Part shown: piece after piece, positions 56,637 through 64,000 of the stretch
Numbering within the stretch: the first letter of the stretch is position 1
Layout: each line of letters starts with the position of its first letter
Translations under genes and position numbers: made by a program
Notes under the pieces: model-generated
What the model was told of the DNA's origin: nothing
Seen by the model: the letters and a program-made list of their open reading frames with translations, nothing else
Database searches by the model: none
Assembly (NCBI GenBank): GCA_965140445.1
Contig: OZ223236.1
Location: 2,400,001 to 2,464,000 of the forward strand
DNA from: Candidatus Ozemobacteraceae bacterium
Lineage (GTDB): Bacteria; Muiribacteriota; Ozemobacteria; Ozemobacterales; Ozemobacteraceae
DNA length: 64,000 bases
Direction of reading: 5' to 3'

Positions 56637-57116
56637 TTGGATATACGAATTGGCTTAGGGCACGATATACATGCACTGGTTGAAGGAAGAGAACTTTGGC
56701 TGGGCGGAATTAAAATTCCATATTCTAAAGGATTAAAAGGACACTCAGACGCAGATGCTTTAATTCATGCGGTAATGGATGCTATTCTAGGTGCTCTGGC
56801 GGCTGGAGATATTGGTCAACATTTTCCTGATACAGATCCAAAATACAAAGGGATTAGCTCGGTAAAATTACTCAACCATGTTGTTTCATTAGCTCTGGAA
56901 AAGGGATATGTCGTTGGAAACCTGGATTGCATGATTCATGCAGAAAAACCAAAATTGGCAGATTATAAGTTGATGATGCAAAAAGAGCTTGCTTCAGCTC
57001 TAAATGTCGAGATTAATAGAGTCTCGGTTAAAGCAGGAACAAATGAAGGATTTGAGTCTATTGGTCGTGGGGAATCCATCGCCTGTCAGGCTATCGTTTT
57101 AATGAAACATGTATAA
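56637..57116 (+). CDS. ispF: MECDP synthase
   Basis: RIGLGHDIH, GHSDAD, GDIGQHFPD. Confidence 0.96.
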   Translation: MDIRIGLGHDIHALVEGRELWLGGIKIPYSKGLKGHSDADALIHAVMDAILGALAAGDIGQHFPDTDPKYKGISSVKLLNHVVSLALEKGYVVGNLDCMIHAEKPKLADYKLMMQKELASALNVEINRVSVKAGTNEGFESIGRGESIACQAIVLMKHV

Positions 57117-57161
57117 TGCACGGGTTACAATAGGCATTGATTTGTGATAAATTAAGTTGTT

Positions 57162-57710
57162 ATGAAACCAAAGAATAGTAAAAATTCAAATTTAATTATT
57201 GGAATTGGCTACTGCCTTGTGGCGGTAATTATTCTTTTTAACTACCTTAGTAGTTCCAGAACTCCTGAACGAATTGCAAAGATTGCAAAAAAATATTCTT
57301 CTAACCCACAAGAAAGCAAAATTGATGGAAACTTTGATTATCTGAAAAAGCAGCTGGAAGAAGAAAAAAAACTTAATAGAGAGATGCGTGATTTCATTAA
57401 AACTTACCAAAATGTAATGGCATCTGGCGATTTTAATAAGGTAAATCAAAGAGTAAATAACTCTATGTTTAGTCTGGGAGATAATCTCCCGCATTTGAAA
57501 GAATTTGAAATTTCTTTTGAAAAACCGATTTCAATGATTCCCTTTGAAATGGAAAAAAATCCCTTTTCGCCTTTAAGAATGCGAAAAGGTGCTGATAAAG
57601 TTTTACCCGGAAGTTTTCCGTTAGCAAATACTCTAAAGTGTGATCCAATTGTTCCTTTCTTGATTGGTGGCGCTGGGAGTGACGTAAGAGTTGCTGGAAA
57701 TATACGTTAA
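57162..57710 (+). CDS. Hypothetical single-TM protein
   Basis: N-terminal TM plus coiled coil; no family recognised. Confidence 0.55.
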   Translation: MKPKNSKNSNLIIGIGYCLVAVIILFNYLSSSRTPERIAKIAKKYSSNPQESKIDGNFDYLKKQLEEEKKLNREMRDFIKTYQNVMASGDFNKVNQRVNNSMFSLGDNLPHLKEFEISFEKPISMIPFEMEKNPFSPLRMRKGADKVLPGSFPLANTLKCDPIVPFLIGGAGSDVRVAGNIR

Positions 57711-57761
57711 TGTTCGTTTTGCCTATAAACTTTAAGGTCTCATTTTTTTTTGATCTTTTTA

Positions 57762-57789
57762 TAAGAAGTGGATAGCAAAGTGCCGATAT
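57762..57789 (+). promoter_or_regulatory. Putative sigma28-like promoter for the LysM-SNF2 operon
   Basis: TAAG-N16-GCCGATAT upstream of an AAGGAG RBS. Confidence 0.65.
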
Positions 57790-57830
57790 CTGTTCACAGA
57801 GACTAAAAAGTTACTAAGGAGATTACACAA

Positions 57831-58967
57831 ATGAGGCAAACTATGCGTTTTGCAGGACTTTTATCCCTGTTATTGTTTTCGGTTTCAAGTCTTGCAGCAG
57901 AACCAATTATTCACGGTTTTTTTATTGAAAGACTGCCCAAAGGAAAAGCTAAAGCAACAATTGCTCCGGGCAAAAGTCTGGTTCTAGCGCACATTTTCAA
58001 TTCTGATAACAAGGCAATTAAGCCAGGTGCTTATAATATTGGTGTTGAGATTGAAAATAACGGCAAGAAGAAAATGTTTGCATTAAAGCCAAACACAACA
58101 ATAAACAGCAAAAGAATGAAAACATTCAGAATGGCTGTTCCAATATCGGATTCAGAAAAACAATCTGGATATTTTAGAGTTTTTTCTAAGGTGGAAGGCA
58201 AAACTGTTTGGTCCGAAAAGTATTCTTTTCTGCAGGGAATTCATGCAAAGGGTGAAAATGGAATTACCACACTTTATACAGAAGTACCACCAGAAGCTGG
58301 AACTGTAGTGCCGCCTACTGAGATTCAATTTGAAAACAGCAAACGAAAAACAGTTGCAAAGAATGTTGAAAAAGTTACAGCAAAGACTACTAAAACGGTT
58401 GCTAAAGCTGTTTCAAGTATTCCAGTTGTTCCAACTACAGAAAAATTGAATGTTGCTTCAGCAAAGTCGTCTGACAAAGTGGTCTCTAAACTTAATACAG
58501 AAGTCTCCAAAACTGAAAAGGCTGCAAGAACAATTGATTCTTCAGAATTTAAAAAACTTAGAACTATTGATGAAGAATTAGTTATTTACGTTATAAAAGA
58601 AGGGGATACCCTCAAATCTATCGCTACTAAATACTATGGCAATCCAAACCGTGAAAGAGTTGTTGCTGACCTTAACTTCATTGAAAACCCTTCTTCAATA
58701 AAAGTTGGCGAAGAAATCATTATAGATGTAAAGCCACTTGGAAAAGAAACCTATAAAACATCTTCAACAATTACTCCTTCAAGCTCAGCTTCAGCGGAAA
58801 CTTATACGATTAAGCCAGGCGATACTCTCGGTAAAATTGCCAAACAATTATTAGGAAGAAGTTCAAAAGCTGGATTGCTTATTAAAGCTAATCCTCATCT
58901 AGACCCAAGAAACTTGAAGATAGGGACCACAATTGTAGTTCCTGAGAATAAGGGAGACAACGCATAA
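57831..58967 (+). CDS. Exported protein with an Ig-like N-domain and two C-terminal LysM domains
   Basis: Signal peptide; YVIKEGDTLKSIATKYYG and YTIKPGDTLGKIAKQ...ANP..LKIG. Confidence 0.88.
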   Translation: MRQTMRFAGLLSLLLFSVSSLAAEPIIHGFFIERLPKGKAKATIAPGKSLVLAHIFNSDNKAIKPGAYNIGVEIENNGKKKMFALKPNTTINSKRMKTFRMAVPISDSEKQSGYFRVFSKVEGKTVWSEKYSFLQGIHAKGENGITTLYTEVPPEAGTVVPPTEIQFENSKRKTVAKNVEKVTAKTTKTVAKAVSSIPVVPTTEKLNVASAKSSDKVVSKLNTEVSKTEKAARTIDSSEFKKLRTIDEELVIYVIKEGDTLKSIATKYYGNPNRERVVADLNFIENPSSIKVGEEIIIDVKPLGKETYKTSSTITPSSSASAETYTIKPGDTLGKIAKQLLGRSSKAGLLIKANPHLDPRNLKIGTTIVVPENKGDNA

Positions 58968-61105
58968 TGATGACCAATACTATTAAGAAAAGAGCTGAAA
59001 AGTCTCCTTTGATTCAGGTTTCAAGTAAAGATGAACAAAGTTTTTCTTTTGAAATTAAGGGAAAAGCTTTCCAGCAGGGTTATCTGTTTCTAAACCCTAT
59101 GATGAAAGAGATCTTTCCATTTCGTGAGGATCTTTGCTCTATTACTTTTATTGACGATGATGAGGTTGTTCATTCTGCTATATATCATAAAATGAGAGGC
59201 TACATGGTATGTCTTACATTTAGTGAGTGGTGGGAAAGACATCAGATAAAAGAAGGTGATACTGTAACCATAGAAGCTCTAAGCCTCGAAGATAGAAAAT
59301 ATCGCCTTAAGCATATGTTGGAAACACAGACTGAAGTTGAAAAAGCAACAGAAGATTTCACTTTTAAAATCTCATCTGTTGAAGATTCTTCAATTTTTTA
59401 CAACGATCACAATCTGGATGTTTTGCGCAAACTTGTAAAGAATGAATTCTCACCATATCAGGAAACTAATCTCATTCAAATGGGCGAAGAAATCGCCGCT
59501 GATATGTGCTCTGGTGAACTTTTAGCCTTAAAAACCTGTTTTGGAGTAAGCACTTACGTTCATCAGGTTCAAACTGCCAAAATGGTAATTGAAAATCTTA
59601 ATGGAAGAGCATTGCTTGCAGATGAGGTTGGTCTTGGTAAGACAATTGAAGCTGGTCTTATTCTTAAAGAATATTTATTAAGAGGAATGGCTAAAAAAGT
59701 ATTAATTTTGACTCCAGCTTCCTTGATTACTCAGTGGCAGCAGGAATTGAAAACCAAGTTTGACCTTTCCTTTAAAAATCATCTTGAAATCAATGACTGG
59801 GAAGAATCTGATCTTGTTATTGCCTCTCTTGATACCGCAAAAAGCTCAAAAAATCAGAATGCAGTTCAGAGAATTAAGTATGACCTGTTAATCGTTGATG
59901 AAGCGCATAAGCTTAAAAATAAGAAGACCAAAAACTGGAGATTCGTAAACGCAATTAACACCAAATATTTGCTTATGCTTACAGCGACTCCTATTCAGAA
60001 TGATCTTATTGAGTTGTTTAATCTTATCTCAATTTTGCGCCCAGGCCATCTTTCAACCATGCAGAAATTCAAAGATGAATTTTTGGCTGAAAGAGATAAG
60101 AGAATGCCTAAAAATTCCCTTCGCTTAAGAGAAATGCTCTCTGAAATCATGATTAGACACAGAAGAGCTGATACTTTGATTAAATTTCCACAGAGATTTG
60201 TTCATACGCATAGTATTGAATTGAATCCTGATGAAGCCGAACTTTATCGCGAACTTACAGAATTCATCAGAAGAAGATATTTCACCCTTCCAACACATAA
60301 GAATCCTCGTGGAATCAACAGACTTACTCTTATTCTCCTCCAGAAGCTTATGGGAAGTTCAACTCAGGCTTTAGCTAAAGCTTTGAGAAAAATGATTTCA
60401 AGTAACTTTTATAAGGATGATTTCGATCACTCGCTAAAAAGATTGCTTGAGTTGGCTGAAAAAGCAGGAACTTCAAAGAAAGCTCAGGTTCTTTTTGAGC
60501 TTCTCAAGAATGTAAAAGACAAAGTTATTATTTTTACTCAGTTCCGCGGAACTCAGGATTTCCTGGTTAAGTCTCTTAAGGAACAAGGCTATTCACTGGC
60601 AGTTTTCAATGGTCAGATGAATCAGGCTGAAAAAGACAGGTGCATTGAAGATTTCAGAAATGAAAAACAGATTCTGATTTCAACCGAGTCCGGGGGAGAA
60701 GGACGCAACCTTCAATTCTGTAAAGTCCTGGTTAACTACGATTTACCTTGGAACCCGATGAGAATTGAACAGAGAATTGGTCGTATCCATCGTCTTGGAC
60801 AAACCGACGATGTTCATATTATAAATTTAAGCGCCAAAGATACCATTGAATCTTATGTTCTTGAGCTTCTTGATAAGAAAATTAATCTTTTCAGACTGAT
60901 TATTGGTGAGCTTGAAATGATTCTTGGAAACATGCAGTCTAAGAGAACCCTTGAGCAGATTATTATTGATATTGTTACATTGTCACCAAACCAGGAAGCA
61001 ATGAAACGAAAGTTCAAAACTCTTGGAAACAAACTGGAAAAAGCCTTAAAAACACATTCAGACATTACAACTGCTCAGGAGGAAATCTTCAATGGCGACG
61101 AATAG
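58967..61105 (+). CDS. SNF2-family helicase (YqhH/RapA-like) with an N-terminal B3/EcoRII-N-like domain
   Basis: LADEVGLGKT, VDEAH, LTATPIQN, IFTQF, STESGGEGRNLQ, YDLPWNPMRIEQRIGRIHRLGQ. Confidence 0.9.
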   Translation: MMTNTIKKRAEKSPLIQVSSKDEQSFSFEIKGKAFQQGYLFLNPMMKEIFPFREDLCSITFIDDDEVVHSAIYHKMRGYMVCLTFSEWWERHQIKEGDTVTIEALSLEDRKYRLKHMLETQTEVEKATEDFTFKISSVEDSSIFYNDHNLDVLRKLVKNEFSPYQETNLIQMGEEIAADMCSGELLALKTCFGVSTYVHQVQTAKMVIENLNGRALLADEVGLGKTIEAGLILKEYLLRGMAKKVLILTPASLITQWQQELKTKFDLSFKNHLEINDWEESDLVIASLDTAKSSKNQNAVQRIKYDLLIVDEAHKLKNKKTKNWRFVNAINTKYLLMLTATPIQNDLIELFNLISILRPGHLSTMQKFKDEFLAERDKRMPKNSLRLREMLSEIMIRHRRADTLIKFPQRFVHTHSIELNPDEAELYRELTEFIRRRYFTLPTHKNPRGINRLTLILLQKLMGSSTQALAKALRKMISSNFYKDDFDHSLKRLLELAEKAGTSKKAQVLFELLKNVKDKVIIFTQFRGTQDFLVKSLKEQGYSLAVFNGQMNQAEKDRCIEDFRNEKQILISTESGGEGRNLQFCKVLVNYDLPWNPMRIEQRIGRIHRLGQTDDVHIINLSAKDTIESYVLELLDKKINLFRLIIGELEMILGNMQSKRTLEQIIIDIVTLSPNQEAMKRKFKTLGNKLEKALKTHSDITTAQEEIFNGDE

Positions 61106-62045
61106 AATTAAAGACCTTGTATTTGCATTCATGGATATGGTGAAAATTGAAACCAAAGAAGTTGTTCCAAATGTCTGGTGGTTTAAAGTTCCAGAAAAAG
61201 AACAGAACTTTTTCAATGGATTTGAAGAACTAAAATTCACATTTGAAAGAGAAATTGCAGAGCAACACAGAGATACAGAACTTATATGTGATGGGTCGTT
61301 TCTACTTAGAAAAATTATTGAGCGCCTTGCAGAAGTGCCTAAAGCAAGTCGGATGTTTGCTACCTGCAAACCTGAAATTCCACCTGTAAGTGATGGTGGT
61401 GAACTTAGGGTTGTTGATACAGATAATGTTTATTATCGCCAGAAAGTAATTTTTAATTTTAAAGTGCAGTTTGAGTGTGATCAGCGCAAGGAAATGCTTT
61501 TCTCAATATCTGCAGATCCAGCCGATTCATCTTTGGAGCTTCAGAAAGGGCTTAAAGAAATAGACTTATCAGGCTTTTCAGAAAAACCACAAGATGGAAT
61601 AAAAATAGAGGAATCTGGTCAGGATGTTTTACGTTTGTATTTGCAAGCGTGCCAGAATCTTGAAAAAGAGCTTGAAACTGAAATTGCAGAAGTTAAAAAT
61701 TGGGGCAAAAAGCAGTGTGATGAAGAGCTTGAAAAATTTGAAGCTTATCTTGAAGAGCAAAAACAGGAGCTGTTAAAAAAGAAAGAAAATGTGTGTTTCC
61801 ATCTATATTTCTTTCAAAAGGAAGAGGAGATAGACACTCTAATTAACAATCTTGAACAGGAAAGAATGCGAAAAATTTCTGAGCTTCAGGAAAAGTTTTC
61901 TCTTAAAGTTAGAATAAACCTCATCAATGCTGTGATATTATGTATCCCAACGGTTGGAACTCTTTCGAGAAAAACCAGAAAAACTACTGCAAAAGTCAGA
62001 ACTCCTGGCAAGGCTTCAGGTTTAGAGGCTAAATCAGCAGTATAG
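61092..62045 (+). CDS. YqhG-like partner of the SNF2 helicase
   Basis: Overlaps the helicase; LKFTF, DGSFLL, NFKVQFECDQRKEMLFS and a C-terminal coiled coil resemble the Bacillus YqhG pattern. Confidence 0.6.
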   Translation: MATNRIKDLVFAFMDMVKIETKEVVPNVWWFKVPEKEQNFFNGFEELKFTFEREIAEQHRDTELICDGSFLLRKIIERLAEVPKASRMFATCKPEIPPVSDGGELRVVDTDNVYYRQKVIFNFKVQFECDQRKEMLFSISADPADSSLELQKGLKEIDLSGFSEKPQDGIKIEESGQDVLRLYLQACQNLEKELETEIAEVKNWGKKQCDEELEKFEAYLEEQKQELLKKKENVCFHLYFFQKEEEIDTLINNLEQERMRKISELQEKFSLKVRINLINAVILCIPTVGTLSRKTRKTTAKVRTPGKASGLEAKSAV

Positions 62046-62063
62046 TAGCGTTGGAGGCAAGAA

Positions 62064-62366
62064 ATGTTTTTTAAACAGGTGATGATAGGCTTTATCATAT
62101 TGGGAATCTGTGGATATCTTTTTGGTGACCATCTATTCTGGTTTCAAGGGAATCTCATGATGAGATGGCAATATCCACTTCCTGCCTATGAAGCTTATGA
62201 AAGGATTGTCCATTATTATCCTGATAGCCAATTTGTTGTTCCTGCAAGGAAGCTTATGGAGCAATTAAGGAAACGGAGTGGTGACCTGGATAAATATCTT
62301 GGCCAGAAAGAGAAAGAGATAAAAAAAATCCAGGCCGAACGAGAGCGAAAGCAATCTTTTCATTAG
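62064..62366 (+). CDS. Small single-TM protein with one TPR-like (BamD/YbgF-type) repeat
   Basis: AYERIVHYYPDSQFVVPAR. Confidence 0.6.
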   Translation: MFFKQVMIGFIILGICGYLFGDHLFWFQGNLMMRWQYPLPAYEAYERIVHYYPDSQFVVPARKLMEQLRKRSGDLDKYLGQKEKEIKKIQAERERKQSFH

Positions 62367-62432
62367 AAAAATTCATGTTATTATTGAGCTGTATTCAAAT
62401 TTTGAATACAGCTTTTTAATTTGAGGAGTCCT

Positions 62433-63257
62433 ATGTCGGTAAGAAAACAACCCGGTCTGGCCAAATGGCAAAAGACTTTACATGAAATAATTTTTGAAGC
62501 AGATACTCTTTCTGGCAAAATTTTTGACATATTTTTAATCCTTTCAATTGTTTTAAGCGTTGCGGTTGTAATGCTCGACAGTGTGGGATCTATAAAAGCT
62601 GAATACGGCAATCTTCTTTGGCTTACAGATTGGGTTTTGACTATTCTTTTCACCGTAGAATATTTTTTAAGACTTGCCTGTGTCGGAAGTCCTGCCGCGT
62701 ATGCCAAAAGCTTTTATGGGATTGTTGATATTCTGGCGATTTTACCTACCTATTTAAGTTTGTTTTTGCCCGGAACTCATTATTTATCAATAATAAGGAT
62801 TTTCCGTGTTCTAAGAATTTTCCGTGTCCTTAAGCTTGTTCAATACATTGGAGAAGCTGATTTTCTTGCAAAGGCGCTTCACGCCAGTCGACGGAAAATA
62901 ACTGTTTTTCTTTTTGCGGTTGTCACTTTGATAGTTGTTCTGGGTTCTGCTATGTATGTTATTGAAGGCGGAGAAAACGGTTTTACAAGTATTCCGGTAA
63001 GTATTTACTGGGCAGTAGTTACAATGACCACGGTTGGTTATGGTGACATTTCCCCTAAAACTCCTCTTGGGCAGGCGTTGGCGGTAATTATAATGATTGT
63101 TGGTTATGGAATCATAGCGGTTCCAACCGGTATTGTTTCAGTCGAACTTAGCGGAATTGGTGATAAAAAAGGCTCAACACAAGCTTGTCAGGACTGCAGC
63201 GCAGAAGGGCATGATGAAGACGCTGTATTTTGCAAATATTGCGGAGCAAAGCTTTAA
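62433..63257 (+). CDS. Voltage-gated-type potassium channel (6TM) with a C-terminal zinc ribbon
   Basis: S4 IRIFRVLRIFRVLKL, filter TMTTVGYGD, CQDC/CKYC; start moved to ATG 62433 after GAGGAG. Confidence 0.92.
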   Translation: MSVRKQPGLAKWQKTLHEIIFEADTLSGKIFDIFLILSIVLSVAVVMLDSVGSIKAEYGNLLWLTDWVLTILFTVEYFLRLACVGSPAAYAKSFYGIVDILAILPTYLSLFLPGTHYLSIIRIFRVLRIFRVLKLVQYIGEADFLAKALHASRRKITVFLFAVVTLIVVLGSAMYVIEGGENGFTSIPVSIYWAVVTMTTVGYGDISPKTPLGQALAVIIMIVGYGIIAVPTGIVSVELSGIGDKKGSTQACQDCSAEGHDEDAVFCKYCGAKL

Positions 63258-63320
63258 CAGCAGTTCAGATGGCTATTGCACACTATTGTCTGATTAGATA
63301 ACAAGAAACATTGGAATTAA

Positions 63321-64000
63321 ATGCTAACTTTAACTTTCTACTCTTTTTTTCTTAAGCTTTTTCACTTCTGGTTTGTCGTGGGGCAATTCTTTAATAGCCC
63401 ATTTCCAAATTTAACTTACTTGTCTATCTCAATTGCGGAATTGACCGCTTTCTTTCTAGTTCTGCGTCTCATAAAAAATCCCACCGCCCGGTTTGGAATA
63501 GCCTTTTCATGTAATTTAGCTTTAGGTATTCTCATCCATGGAAGTTACATGTATTACAGGCTTTTTGGGATTCCTTTGTCTTTTTCTCTTGCTCTATTTT
63601 TAGGGAATATTGGATCGATTGGTAGTAGTATTTCCGCGCTTTTAATGCCTTTTGACCTTCTTCTTTACAGTTTGGATTTGATTATACTGGTTTTGCTTTT
63701 CATTAAACCCTTAAAAAATCGGCTTGCCAGGTCTGATGAATTTTTCTCAAAGTTATCCTCTTTAAAACTAATTGCAGTTTTTATTGTATTTTTTTCTCTT
63801 TGGGCACTAACGGTTGAGCCTAAAGGTTCCTGGAAAGAGCCGTTTTATCGCCAGGACGTTGAATCAATGCTTACGTTCAGCCCTATAGGATATATTGCAA
63901 TTGAAAGCTTCGTTGGAATAAAACAACTTATGATTCCAGAAAAGCTTGATAAAGCTTCTTCTCAATTTGTTACAAAAGTTTTGGAGAAGGAAAAACAGCT
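63321..64000 (+). CDS. LTA-synthase-family protein, N-terminal membrane part (truncated by the window end)
   Basis: Not in the ORF track. Manual translation MLTLTFYSFFLK...YMYYRLFGIPLS...GNIGSIGSSISALLMPFD...SPIGY, open to the end; matches the LtaS N-terminal pattern. Confidence 0.65.
   Translation, partial: MLTLTFYSFFLKLFHFWFVVGQFFNSPFPNLTYLSISIAELTAFFLVLRLIKNPTARFGIAFSCNLALGILIHGSYMYYRLFGIPLSFSLALFLGNIGSIGSSISALLMPFDLLLYSLDLIILVLLFIKPLKNRLARSDEFFSKLSSLKLIAVFIVFFSLWALTVEPKGSWKEPFYRQDVESMLTFSPIGYIAIESFVGIKQLMIPEKLDKASSQFVTKVLEKEKQ

Noticed and set aside
58967..62045. SNF2 helicase as an anti-phage system (DISARM DrmD-like)
   Set aside because: No methylase, nuclease or other defence genes adjacent; the pairing fits YqhH/YqhG.
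819..62707. Numerous 60-150 aa ORFs antisense or out of frame within larger genes (e.g. 6633-7004, 23203-23589, 29828-30283, 62381-62707)
   Set aside because: Shadow ORFs of well-supported genes, with no recognisable motifs.

Overview
AT-rich bacterial chromosomal segment from a diderm organism (secretin, lipoproteins, Tat signal, OM barrel). Protein style recalls Candidatus Riflebacteria, but this is an unverified impression. Bases 1-48,000 form a dispersed surface-filament super-locus. It contains pilB-pilC, a GspG-like major pilin, a pilMN fusion with pilO, pilP-like, lipoprotein and secretin genes, and a PilV/W/X-like minor-pilin operon. An embedded glycosylation cassette encodes an archaeal AglB-like STT3 transferase, two GT2s, DUF2304, an LtaS-family transferase and a GDPD protein. 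Two Flp pilins, each with a sigma54 promoter, flank a prenyltransferase-repeat/Tat-DUF362 gene pair next to a GT-C glycosyltransferase. At least six sigma28-like promoters (TAAR-N15/16-GCCGATAW) precede pilus and envelope operons. Exported proteins repeatedly carry an A-(S/T)-x-(T/S) motif that may be a glycosylation sequon. The right end holds an accB-like gene lacking the biotinyl lysine, accC, xseAB, ispA-ispD-ispE-dxr-ispF, a LysM / B3-like-SNF2 / YqhG-like operon, a K+ channel and a partial LtaS-family gene. No rRNA, tRNA, CRISPR array, IS element or prophage was recognised. All calls come from reading motifs by eye; no searches were run.
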